Source: Ginsengibacter sp. (GTDB taxonomy: Bacteria > Bacteroidota > Bacteroidia > Chitinophagales > Chitinophagaceae). From it: DNA of 32,000 nt. This document shows positions 17,915 through 29,917 of the stretch, piece after piece; positions within the stretch are counted from its first letter, which is position 1; each line of letters opens with the position of its first letter. Location: assembly GCA_040007435.1 (NCBI GenBank), contig JBDTUZ010000023.1:57736-89735 (forward strand). The letters run 5' to 3'. The notes under the pieces were generated by a model. The model had not been told where the DNA came from. It was given only the letters and a program-made list of their open reading frames with translations, and ran no database searches. The translations under genes were made by a program, and so were the position numbers.

Positions 17915-18388
17915 TTAAAGATCAGCAACGGGCTGTTGAGATAAATTAGCCTGCATCTTTACCCGGGAATTTCCAAACAGCTTAAATAAAATTATAAGCA
18001 TAAATATGATTTGGCTGATTACATATAAATCGGTTGTCCATATCACAATATTATACTTAGTTAAAATGTCCCCCATGTCTGATTTTGCAGCATTCAAAAA
18101 AAACAGCACAAAAGGATAGTTAAAAATAAACGGTGGAATGATTGATAGTAAGGCATGCGTCCAAAAGAAATAATTACTTATGAATTTTCCTCTCTTTTTA
18201 AGCGTTTGGTAAATTTGCGAAATAAGCAGAAACCAGGCAGGTAGCAGGTAAGTAAGCCATGGCCTTCCAATGGTGGTATGCCAGCCAATGGTAGTATTCA
18301 AATTTAACGCGAGAGGCCAGGGATATGAGAAAACAAAAAAAATGGCAATAAGAATAAAAACGGTTTGTTTAGATAGCATTTTCATCAT
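17915..18388 (-). CDS. Hypothetical integral membrane protein (about 4 TM helices)
   Basis: 157-aa ORF that is hydrophobic throughout and rich in aromatic residues. I recognise no family. Confidence 0.5.
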   Translation of the reverse strand: MMKMLSKQTVFILIAIFFVFSYPWPLALNLNTTIGWHTTIGRPWLTYLLPAWFLLISQIYQTLKKRGKFISNYFFWTHALLSIIPPFIFNYPFVLFFLNAAKSDMGDILTKYNIVIWTTDLYVISQIIFMLIILFKLFGNSRVKMQANLSQQPVADL

Positions 18389-18729
18389 TATTAAGCGTCA
18401 CGCTTTTTTAATTTTTCTAAAAGTAAATATCGCTAACTCTTACCAATAATAAATATTAGCCGGCGTAAATTTTTGCAGTTCCGATTGTAAATTGCCTTCT
18501 TGCCTGCCAGTTTATCATTTGCCCATAACAGCGACAATTGATTTATACAACCATTACATTGAATTGTATATTTCGTTTTACAAAAAAAATCTCAACTTTA
18601 TGCTCCTTTGATATGTTACCCAGTTGCTGATGAAAAGAGAACATCATTTTTAGAAGGCAAACTCTTTCAAAACATTTAAACAGTATTTACTACAGAATAA
18701 TCTTAATCTCAAATAAAAAAATAAAAACA

Positions 18730-19203
18730 ATGAAAGCAAAAATTGGAATAAAACAAGACAATCTTGAAGCAGTCGCTCATTCACTCGGCAAAATACTTGC
18801 AGACGAATTCGTGCTATACACTAATACACGCAAAGCCCATTGGAACGTAGTAGGTATAGACTTCTATGCCAAGCACACCTTTTTTGAAAAACAGTATGGA
18901 GAGCTTGAGGAGATAGTTGATGAGGTAGCAGAACGTATTAGAACTTTGGGTCATTTTCCGCCGGCTTCTTTAAAAGAATTTCTTGAGCTTACCCATCTTT
19001 CCGAAAAATACAGTGGTAAAAATGATAGCGCCGGTTTCATAAAAGAATTACTGAGCGATCATGAAAGCATCCTCATCCATCTTAGAGAAAATATTGACGA
19101 TTATGCAGATGCTTTAAAAGATGCGGGAACCAGCGATTATATTACCGGGCTTATGGAAACTCATGAAAAGATGGCCTGGATGTTAAGGTCTCACCTGGGA
19201 TAA
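18730..19203 (+). CDS. dps: Dps-family DNA starvation/stationary-phase protection protein (ferritin-like)
   Basis: 157 aa. It carries the classic Dps pattern FVLYTNTRKAHWNVVGIDFYAKHTFFEKQYGELEEIVDEVAERIRTLG. Confidence 0.9.
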   Translation: MKAKIGIKQDNLEAVAHSLGKILADEFVLYTNTRKAHWNVVGIDFYAKHTFFEKQYGELEEIVDEVAERIRTLGHFPPASLKEFLELTHLSEKYSGKNDSAGFIKELLSDHESILIHLRENIDDYADALKDAGTSDYITGLMETHEKMAWMLRSHLG

Positions 19204-19262
19204 CCGGAATTGAAATAATAATGCGCAAAAAAAATTACACATGTATCCTTAAACGATAGGTC

Positions 19263-20201
19263 ATGGAAGAAAAAATTTTAGGCCTGCATCATATTACCGC
19301 AATTGCGGGCAATGCACAACGCAACTATGAATTTTATACCAAAGTATTGGGACTAAGGTTTGTAAAGAAGACCGTTAATTTCGATGATCCGGGAACGTAT
19401 CATTTTTATTATGGAAATGAAACGGGTGAACCCGGCACCATTCTTACTTTTTTCCCGTGGGGAAACATAGGGCGGGGCCATGTTGGCACGGGTATGGCAA
19501 CTGAAATCGGCTATTCTGTTCCGGAGGGCAGCCTTGATTTTTGGGAAGATCGTTTCAAACAGCATAACGTTTCCTACAGTACGCGGGGAGAAAGGTTTGG
19601 TGAAATATTTTTGCCATTCAGAGATCCTGACGGCCTCAATATTAATCTTATTATCCCCAAAAACTCTGACAAAAGAAAACCATGGGAAACGGCGGAAATA
19701 AAAAAGGAAACAGCCACAAAAGGTTTTCATAATGTAACATTAATGCTCAACAAAAAAGACGATACAGAAAAAGTATTGATTGATATTTTCGGGTATCGTT
19801 TTTTATCCCGGGATGATAACAGATACCGCTATATAACAGATACTGTTGAGAATGCTTCGATAATTGACATTATAGAATCGCCGGAAGGCAAGCGCGGAAT
19901 TAATGCGGGTGGAACGAATCATCACGTGGCTTTCAGAGTTAAGGATGAAGCAACACAAATGGCTTTTCGTGAAATACTTGTAAGAGATTATTTACAAGTA
20001 ACACCTAAGATAAACCGGGATTATTTTTATTCTATTTACTTCCGTGAGCCGGGCGGAGTGCTGTTTGAAATCGCCACAGAAAATCCCGGCTTCACCGTTG
20101 ACGAACCTCTCGCCGATTTGGGGCGACATCTTAAACTTCCCGCACAATATGAAAGCGTGAGAAAAGACATTGAAAAATCTTTGCCGGTATTGCAATATTA
20201 G
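19263..20201 (+). CDS. Ring-cleaving dioxygenase of the VOC/glyoxalase superfamily (MhqE/MhqO-like)
   Basis: 312 aa. The N-terminal GLHHITAIAGNAQRNYEFYTKVLGLRFVKKTVNFDDPGTYHFYYGNETGEPGTILTFFPW is typical of two-domain hydroquinone/catechol ring-cleaving dioxygenases. Confidence 0.85.
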   Translation: MEEKILGLHHITAIAGNAQRNYEFYTKVLGLRFVKKTVNFDDPGTYHFYYGNETGEPGTILTFFPWGNIGRGHVGTGMATEIGYSVPEGSLDFWEDRFKQHNVSYSTRGERFGEIFLPFRDPDGLNINLIIPKNSDKRKPWETAEIKKETATKGFHNVTLMLNKKDDTEKVLIDIFGYRFLSRDDNRYRYITDTVENASIIDIIESPEGKRGINAGGTNHHVAFRVKDEATQMAFREILVRDYLQVTPKINRDYFYSIYFREPGGVLFEIATENPGFTVDEPLADLGRHLKLPAQYESVRKDIEKSLPVLQY

Positions 20202-20220
20202 GCGTTTCAAAATCAGACCT

Positions 20221-20841
20221 ATGTTTAGTGAAAAAATAGTTATCGCTGGAAAGAAGATAGAGAACGCATCGAAAGCGCTGATAATGCTTCACGGCCGTGG
20301 GGCCAATGCTGCAGATATTCTTTCATTAAGCGATCATCTTAAAATAGAAGATTTTGCCATATTCGCCCCACAGGCGAAAAATAATAGCTGGTACCCACAA
20401 TCTTTTCTTGCGCCACCGGCACAAAATGAACCTTGGCTTTCCGATGCTTTGGCACTGATTGAAAACTTAATAAAAGACATTGCGAAAAAAAATATAAGCG
20501 AAGAAAATATTTACCTGTTGGGCTTTTCACAAGGCGCGTGTTTAACCCTTGAATTTATTACAAGAAATGCGGTAAGGTACGGAGGAGTAGTTGCATTCAC
20601 AGGAGGATTGATAGGCGATAAAATTTACCCGGAAAAGTATAAAGGCAATTTTAATCAAACACCTGTTTTTATCGGGAGCAGTAATCCTGATTTTCACATA
20701 CCTGTTGAGAGAGTATATGCAACAACAAATATACTGCAAAGTATGGGCGCAAATGTCACCCAAAAAATTTATGATAACATGGGTCATACAATCAACCAGG
20801 ACGAAATAGATAATGCAAACGAAATCGTATTTAATCGGTAA
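20221..20841 (+). CDS. Phospholipase/carboxylesterase-family alpha/beta hydrolase (MhqD-like)
   Basis: ATG at 20221 (MFSEKIVIAGKK…); the track ORF from 20170 overlaps the previous gene. It has LIMLHGRGANAADI and the nucleophile elbow GFSQGA. Confidence 0.8.
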   Translation: MFSEKIVIAGKKIENASKALIMLHGRGANAADILSLSDHLKIEDFAIFAPQAKNNSWYPQSFLAPPAQNEPWLSDALALIENLIKDIAKKNISEENIYLLGFSQGACLTLEFITRNAVRYGGVVAFTGGLIGDKIYPEKYKGNFNQTPVFIGSSNPDFHIPVERVYATTNILQSMGANVTQKIYDNMGHTINQDEIDNANEIVFNR

Positions 20842-20849
20842 CTACTACT

Positions 20850-21200
20850 ATGTTTACGATAACCAGAATTTATAGTGATGCTAATGGCGATAGCCACTTT
20901 GAAGACATTAAAATTCCTTTGAGGGACGCAGGTGATATTGGATTTCTCTCAGAGACAAGTAAGACTTCGGGGATTATTTTTCGTGAAGTAATTCCGGCTT
21001 ACGATTACAATTTTCACAATGCACCCCAAAGACAATATATTGTACTTCTTGATGGAGGAATAGAAATAGAAACTTCTTTGGGTGAAAAAAGAATTTTTAA
21101 AACGGGCGAAGTTTTACTGGCAGAAGACACAACCGGTAAAGGCCACAGGAGTAAAAATATTGAGAACAGGAAACGGAAATCTCTTTTTATTACCTTGTAA
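20850..21200 (+). CDS. Small cupin-like protein
   Basis: 116 aa. NAPQRQYIVLLDGGIEIETSLGEKRIFKTGEVLLAEDTTGKGH fits a cupin beta-barrel pattern. It starts 8 nt after the esterase gene. Confidence 0.55.
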   Translation: MFTITRIYSDANGDSHFEDIKIPLRDAGDIGFLSETSKTSGIIFREVIPAYDYNFHNAPQRQYIVLLDGGIEIETSLGEKRIFKTGEVLLAEDTTGKGHRSKNIENRKRKSLFITL

Positions 21201-21206
21201 CATGCA

Positions 21207-21620
21207 TCATTTATCAACTAATTTAAGCCACGCCTTTATTACCTTCCGCAAAGCCTTCTCTTTAGATTTTACATCTTCCATATCTTTAAAAATTACAATC
21301 CTTCTTCCGTCTTTATAGTCGCCTTCAAGAAACCCTGTCGTATCATTCACTTTAGCTCCGCCTGGGAACACAAGCATGATCCTGTTTTTAAAAAGATTAA
21401 AAACTATTATCTCTCTTTTATATTCTTTCGGATCAAAAGGCTTCATTTCGCCTGTATAATAAAAAGCCGGGTTGTTCCATTTTATCCGCTCCCCTATTTC
21501 CTTATCGGTACTTAAAATAATTTGCCTTATGGTTTCAATGATTTTACCAAATACAGGATCAAGCTTTTTGATGTGCGCGGTTACCTGTTCCTTCACAGTT
21601 AACTTAACTTTTGCCGGCAT
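21207..21620 (-). CDS. DUF1801 (YdhG-like) domain protein
   Basis: 137 aa. GERIKWNNPAFYYTGEM…IMLVFPGGAKV… resembles the DUF1801 family. Confidence 0.65.
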   Translation of the reverse strand: MPAKVKLTVKEQVTAHIKKLDPVFGKIIETIRQIILSTDKEIGERIKWNNPAFYYTGEMKPFDPKEYKREIIVFNLFKNRIMLVFPGGAKVNDTTGFLEGDYKDGRRIVIFKDMEDVKSKEKALRKVIKAWLKLVDK

Positions 21621-21767
21621 TGATAACTATTTTTTAAAATTACGTATCAATAAACAAAATGATATAATTCAATGCAACAGCAAAAGACAATTCATTTTTT
21701 GTGCCGCTGCATTAAACCACTTAACATATCTTCCCGTAATGTAATCTTCGTATTTCATTCACGAAAT

Positions 21768-24068
21768 TCAAAATTCACTTAGTACTTCATCAAGCGTATT
21801 AATCATATCTTCAGCATTCTTTTTTGAAAAAACAATAGGTGGCTTTATTTTAAGCACATTGTGTAAGGGGCCATCCGTGCTTAGCAGAAAGCCCCGGTCC
21901 TTCATCTTTTCTACAACTATATCGATTGCCGGAACTGCAGGCTCTTTCGTTATTCTATCGGTTACCAGCTCGGCCCCCACAAATAATCCATGCCCTCTCA
22001 CATCTCCTATCAATGAATGTTTTTTCATCAATTTTTTCAAACCAGCTAATAAATGGTTGCCAACTTCCAACGCATTTTGTTGCAAGGCTTCATCTTTTAT
22101 CACTTCTAAAACCGCCAGCCCGGTTGCCATTGAAACCGGGTTACCTCCAAATGTGTTGAAGTATTCCATACCGTTATTAAACGCAGCCGCAATTTCTTCC
22201 GTAACCACTACGGCTGCCAGTGGATGCCCATTGCCAATTGGTTTACCCATCACTACAATATCCGGTACCACACCCTGCAATTCGAAACCCCAAAAAGCCT
22301 CGCCTACTCTTCCAAAACCTACCTGCACTTCATCTGCAATACACACGGCGCCACTGGCTCTTACGTATTCATAAACCTCTTTTAAATAATTTTCAGGCAA
22401 AGGAATTTGTCCTCCTACACCGAGCAATGTTTCGCAAATAAATGCAGCAGGAGATTTGTTTTCATTTTTTAAAGTGGCAATGATCCGATGGACATCGGCT
22501 GCATATTTTTTTCCTGCATCCGCATCTTCATATCCATAGATACCGCGGTATAAATCCGGGTTTATGGCCTTGTGTATGTAAGGCTTTTTTCCAAAACCGC
22601 CTTTACTGTCAAATTTATATGGACTCAATTCAATGGCTGTTGTTGATGTGCCATGATAAGCATGGTCCAGTACAATTACATCCTGTTGTTTTGTAAAATG
22701 GCGACTCATACGAATGGCAAGGTCGTTGGCTTCGCTGCCGCTATTTGTAAAGTAACACACGCTGAGTTTGGATGGTAATGTTGCAGTCAGTTTTTCAGCA
22801 TACTCCGCGAGGTTATCATGCAGGTAACGGGTATTGGTATTTAATGTCGCTAACTGCTTTTGCATCGCTTTTACAACTGTTGGATGACAATGCCCTACAT
22901 GGCTCACGTTGTTTACACAATCAACGAAAGTATTTCCCTTGTCGTCGTATAAATATTGCAAGGCTCCTTTTACAATTTTTAAATGTTTGTTGTAACTGAT
23001 GCTAAGGTTTCGCCCGACATGCAAGTTCCTTTTTTGTTCCAGTTCTGTATAATCATTTGCAGCGTTTATGATTGACGAAAAACCACAGGCCAATCTGAAA
23101 CAGTCTTCCGCTTTTAAGGGATTTATTTCTATAAGCTTAAATAATAATTCCCATGCATTTTTTTCGGTGATAAAGTGATGCTCATTTTCACTATCTAATG
23201 ATGCGTTATAAGCTGAACGGGTAACGCTTATGCAGAGCCGCCCGGCAATAAGATAATATAGTATCGAAACCTCTTGATCCGCCAGCGGATATTTTTCATG
23301 ATACCCTTTAACTACTATGGCCGCAGCATGGAGCACATCCTTCTGCTGAAACATGGCATAGGTACAGGCTACAGCAACATTATTTACAAGGTTTGTAAAA
23401 ACCATGTCGCCAAAATCAATTAGTCCCATCACTTCATTATTCCTTACCAATACATTATAATCGTTGGCGTCGTTGTGTATATAAGCCTTGCGCAAAATAT
23501 GTTGGAGTGGTTGTACTTCCGTGCGGAACTGCATTAAAAAATAAGCTGCTATCCTTCTTTTTTCATGGTCTTTTATATAGGACAGATTCACTTCTGCATC
23601 TAATGAATTTGCGATATCCCATACATATTGTCTATGCATAGCAGGATGGCTAAAATCTTTTAATGACCTGTCCATTTCGCCTAAAAAACTTCCCAGGGTC
23701 ATCAACAATTCGTCACTGTGATTTTTTGCATCGACCCAAAATATCCCGTCGAGAAAAGATAGAATCCTGAAGTAGTAATTCCTTCCATCAATAAGTAATG
23801 TTGTTAGCTCGCTACTATCGGTATTTAAGAGGTAATACTGAAATTTATCCGATACCTGGCTCTTTGATAAATGATTTACAATTTGCACCTGTGCATCCAA
23901 AAAACTCACACCATGTTCGTCTGTAGCTACTTTCAAAATATATTGTTGCCGCTCTTTATCTTCCAATGAAAAGTTCAATTCATCGTAACCATTGAGGGCC
24001 TTAGCGTCAACATCAAGTTTGTAATAATGAAGAGCAAATTCCCGGATAAACTGTTCTGTAAAATTCAT
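21768..24068 (-). CDS. Bifunctional fusion of an N-terminal aminoglycoside-phosphotransferase-fold kinase domain and a C-terminal class-III (PLP) aminotransferase-fold domain; resembles hydroxylysine kinase + phospho-lyase
   Basis: ATG at 24068; the track start at 24074 is TTG. The kinase part has the Brenner motif HNDANDYN (nt 23454-23477) and IDFGD. The PLP part has NSGSEAND, DEVQVGFGRVG and MGKPIGNGHPLAAV, with the candidate PLP-Lys codon at 22242-22244. Confidence 0.8.
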   Translation of the reverse strand: MNFTEQFIREFALHYYKLDVDAKALNGYDELNFSLEDKERQQYILKVATDEHGVSFLDAQVQIVNHLSKSQVSDKFQYYLLNTDSSELTTLLIDGRNYYFRILSFLDGIFWVDAKNHSDELLMTLGSFLGEMDRSLKDFSHPAMHRQYVWDIANSLDAEVNLSYIKDHEKRRIAAYFLMQFRTEVQPLQHILRKAYIHNDANDYNVLVRNNEVMGLIDFGDMVFTNLVNNVAVACTYAMFQQKDVLHAAAIVVKGYHEKYPLADQEVSILYYLIAGRLCISVTRSAYNASLDSENEHHFITEKNAWELLFKLIEINPLKAEDCFRLACGFSSIINAANDYTELEQKRNLHVGRNLSISYNKHLKIVKGALQYLYDDKGNTFVDCVNNVSHVGHCHPTVVKAMQKQLATLNTNTRYLHDNLAEYAEKLTATLPSKLSVCYFTNSGSEANDLAIRMSRHFTKQQDVIVLDHAYHGTSTTAIELSPYKFDSKGGFGKKPYIHKAINPDLYRGIYGYEDADAGKKYAADVHRIIATLKNENKSPAAFICETLLGVGGQIPLPENYLKEVYEYVRASGAVCIADEVQVGFGRVGEAFWGFELQGVVPDIVVMGKPIGNGHPLAAVVVTEEIAAAFNNGMEYFNTFGGNPVSMATGLAVLEVIKDEALQQNALEVGNHLLAGLKKLMKKHSLIGDVRGHGLFVGAELVTDRITKEPAVPAIDIVVEKMKDRGFLLSTDGPLHNVLKIKPPIVFSKKNAEDMINTLDEVLSEF

Positions 24069-24120
24069 TATCAATTGATTTTTATTTTATAAAAGCATAC
24101 GAGATGCGGCGACTCCATGC

Positions 24121-27285
<3,165 letters not shown>

Positions 27286-27311
27286 TTATTCAACTTATGT
27301 GAAGCATCATA

Positions 27312-27764
27312 TCATTCAAATCCATTTTTTACAGAGCATTTTTCCTTTTTCAAATCAATCAATATCACACCATTTTTGTGATGATAAGCATACTTCATAT
27401 CAGAAAGGTAAAATGTTTTGACGGAAAACTTCAACCGTAGTTGTCCGCCCTGTTCTGATATAATCTTAATTTCTTCTGCACGACCATTGCTTTTTTTCAC
27501 ACTAGTCATAAAGACTCCTTCGGTACGAAAATTATTGAAACTATTATCTTTCCATTCTGATGGCACAGCAGGAAATATTTGCAAGACCATGCACTTGTTG
27601 ATTTGTGAAAGACTGCGAGTGTTAGGATTTCCAAACTTCCATCCAGTTTAATCTTCATTGACAGGCAAAACTTTCCTTTTTTTCTTCCGCATGTTTCCTG
27701 TTTCCAATTTCACAGGCAAGTTTCATATACTTTTTAACTTCTGCATTGATATTTAACTTATGGA
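27312..27764 (-). pseudogene. Decayed remnant of a glycoside hydrolase C-terminus (GH95-like tail), in at least two frames
   Basis: The frame open over 27312-27647 reads …TGWKFGNPNTRSLSQINKCMVLQIFPAVPSEWKDNSFNNFRTEGVFMTSV…, resembling the LLPALPxxWkdGsxkGLrArGgF tail of large GHs. A second short frame (27654-27764) sits immediately upstream. There is no N-terminal catalytic region. Confidence 0.45.
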
Positions 27765-27797
27765 ATCAACATCTCAATTTCTCACCGAAATTTGATC

Positions 27798-28160
27798 TTA
27801 TATATTTAAGAGTGATCCATCGAACCAAATATCTTCATATCCATTATCATCAATTTGGAATCTCCAGCCAGGTGGCAATCCTAAATATTTTAATAGAATG
27901 GGACGATTTTCAATTAAATGTTCAACATGCAAGGGCTGGAAAAATTCAATATCATCTTCGCGAATATTATTACCGCTCCACAAATACCAACCATCTATAT
28001 CACCATGCCTGGGATGTCTTAGCCCGTTTATAGGTTTTGATTTTGAAAAGAGCGAGTCGTTAATGGCAATTAAAGAATTTTTATCAACGGGCGTCCAGTC
28101 AATATTTAATTTCTCGCAAAGTTCTTTCTGCTTTTGCTTAATGAAATTCCATTCGCTCAT
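27798..28160 (-). CDS. Imm33/DUF2185-like small protein (candidate orphan polymorphic-toxin immunity protein)
   Basis: 120 aa. DIDGWYLWSGNNIREDDIEFFQPLHVEHLIENRPILLKYLGLPPGWRFQID recalls the GW.(F/W).G.E…LP.G.RF pattern of DUF2185/Imm33. This recognition is from memory only. Confidence 0.45.
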   Translation of the reverse strand: MSEWNFIKQKQKELCEKLNIDWTPVDKNSLIAINDSLFSKSKPINGLRHPRHGDIDGWYLWSGNNIREDDIEFFQPLHVEHLIENRPILLKYLGLPPGWRFQIDDNGYEDIWFDGSLLNI

Positions 28161-28261
28161 AAAGTTAAATCGGCTTGTGTGTTAATAAACAAAAAAATCA
28201 GGTGGCCTCTTTCTAAGGGCACTTATATCATTGTCCAATGATGTTATTCATGTACTCACCT

Positions 28262-28375
28262 TCACTTCGATCTTATTAAACCAATTTTACCACTATCACT
28301 AATTGTTAGTTTGGCAATAAAGCCGTCAACATTTGAAACCATGTGTATTGTCACTTTAAATGAATCTGTTTTCAT
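28262..28375 (-). pseudogene. N-terminal fragment of a RibD_C/dihydrofolate-reductase-like protein
   Basis: A 37-codon ORF MKTDSFKVTIHMVSNVDGFIAKLTISDSGKIGLIRSK* has the SxDGFIA start typical of that family, then terminates. Downstream sequence continues only in another frame. Confidence 0.3.
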
Positions 28376-28774
28376 TTGTGTGTTATTTGTGAATATATGA
28401 TATCAAACTTTGCTCTCTCGTTTAACACTGCCAATCACTTGTGCACTCTGCAACTCTCCTGCTCACCCTTGTCTTTTCCAAATCAAATTACCATTCAATT
28501 TTGCGAACGATCTATTAAATTAATAAGAAGCTGTCTAAAAAAGAATTTTTTAATTGAGTTTCAACTTTCGCAGAGTACCGATTTATTAGATGAGAAACCT
28601 TATTCCATTATTATTCAAAATACACCAACAATTAAAACAAAAACTCCCTTCATTAAAGATGAAGTACATACTTAATAAGCGCTTGCATCTAATCCTATGT
28701 GCTTACCAGCGTCAATTATTCTTCTTTGTGACTTACGGGCTCAATGGTTTATACATTTTTCCTACATTACACTA

Positions 28775-29917
28775 ATGAAGATCATAGTTGCACCGGATAA
28801 ATTTAAAGGAAGCATTAAAAGTATTGAGGTATGCCAAGCAATTAAAAAGGGAATTCTCGAAGCAGATAATACTATTGAAACATTAATATTCCCTATGGCC
28901 GACGGAGGTGATGGATTTGCTGAAGTGTTGAAATATTACCTGCACACAGAAACACAATTTGTAAAAACCGTCGATCCGCTCGGAAGAGATATTTCGGCTT
29001 CTTACGAATGGAGTAAAAAAGACCTTGTGGCAATCATTGAATTGGCTGCTGCCAGTGGCCTCGTGATCTTAAAAAAGGAAGAGCGAAATCCTATGATCAC
29101 TTCTACTTTTGGAACAGGCCTCTTAATAATGGATGCTATAAAAAGAGGCGCAAATAAAATTATACTTGGCATAGGAGGCAGCGCAACAAACGATGCAGGC
29201 ATTGGCATACTTGCGGCTATGGGATTCATATTCTTAGATGGAGAAAATAATATGATACCCGCGTCAGGCGAAAATCTATGTCGAATAGAAAAAATTATTC
29301 CGCCTAACATTTTACCCAAGGTAAAGGTCGAAATTGCCTGTGATGTTACCAATACGCTTTACGGCCCCGAAGGTGCAGCTTATATTTTTTCTCCACAAAA
29401 AGGAGCCACACCAGAACAGGTAAAGAAACTTGATGATGGATTAAAACACTTTTCAAAAATTATAGAAAACGAAACTGGTAAAAATCTTTCGATTATTCCC
29501 GGCACAGGAGCCGCCGGAGGAATTGCTGCAGGTTTAATAGCCTTCCTTAATGTAAGCCTCATTGAGGGAACCGAATTAATTATTAACGCAAGTTGCATTA
29601 AGACTTTCCTTGATGAAGCAGATTTCGTAATAACCGGCGAAGGGAAATTAGATCACCAAAGTTTTGGAGGGAAAACTATAAGTGCTATTACATCAATTGC
29701 GCAAGAAAAAAATATTCCCGTCGCAGCAATATGCGGACAGCTTGAATTAACAGAAATAGAATGCCGGCAATCAGGCCTGAGTATTGCCGTCGAAATTAAA
29801 GAGGCATTAATGAGCGAAGAAGAATCCATTAGAATGGCGGCAACTTTAATAAAAGAAAAAACAAAATCGCTGGTGCCTTTGCTAAAAGATATTATTCACG
29901 GGAATAAAAATGTTTAA
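28775..29917 (+). CDS. Glycerate kinase
   Basis: ATG at 28775; the track ORF starts further upstream at 28697. MKIIVAPDKFKGS…PMADGGDGF…GIGGSATNDAGIG…ITGEGKLDHQS are classic glycerate kinase (GlxK/GarK family) motifs. Confidence 0.9.
   Translation: MKIIVAPDKFKGSIKSIEVCQAIKKGILEADNTIETLIFPMADGGDGFAEVLKYYLHTETQFVKTVDPLGRDISASYEWSKKDLVAIIELAAASGLVILKKEERNPMITSTFGTGLLIMDAIKRGANKIILGIGGSATNDAGIGILAAMGFIFLDGENNMIPASGENLCRIEKIIPPNILPKVKVEIACDVTNTLYGPEGAAYIFSPQKGATPEQVKKLDDGLKHFSKIIENETGKNLSIIPGTGAAGGIAAGLIAFLNVSLIEGTELIINASCIKTFLDEADFVITGEGKLDHQSFGGKTISAITSIAQEKNIPVAAICGQLELTEIECRQSGLSIAVEIKEALMSEEESIRMAATLIKEKTKSLVPLLKDIIHGNKNV

Noticed and set aside
19353-19730. 125-aa minus-strand ORF inside the ring-cleaving dioxygenase gene
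   Set aside because: It is antisense to a gene with a strong family signature and has no recognisable motifs. I treat it as a shadow ORF. The same reasoning applies to the antisense ORFs in lacZ (24667-25014, 25411-25710), the GH88-like gene, the PQQ dehydrogenase, the MFS gene and others in the track.
20170-20220. Upstream extensions offered by the ORF track (20170 for the esterase, 31004 for the small ORF, 3453/5211/24074/27249 non-ATG starts)
   Set aside because: The extensions either overlap the preceding gene or begin at TTG/GTG just upstream of an in-frame ATG. That ATG gives a family-typical N-terminus or signal peptide, so I used the ATG starts.
21859-22374. 171-aa plus-strand ORF, along with 21926-22159, 22220-22441 and 22772-22999
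   Set aside because: These ORFs lie entirely antisense inside the well-supported kinase/PLP fusion gene. The translations are Pro/Ser/Thr/Cys-rich and low in complexity, which is typical of shadow ORFs.
28376-28775. Overlapping plus-strand ORFs (99 aa, 61 aa) and the 26-codon N-terminal extension of glycerate kinase (28697-28774)
   Set aside because: This is an AT-rich leader region, and the ORFs overlap one another. Their composition is unlike the neighbouring genes. Glycerate kinase homologues start at MKIIVAPDKFKGS, which matches the ATG at 28775.
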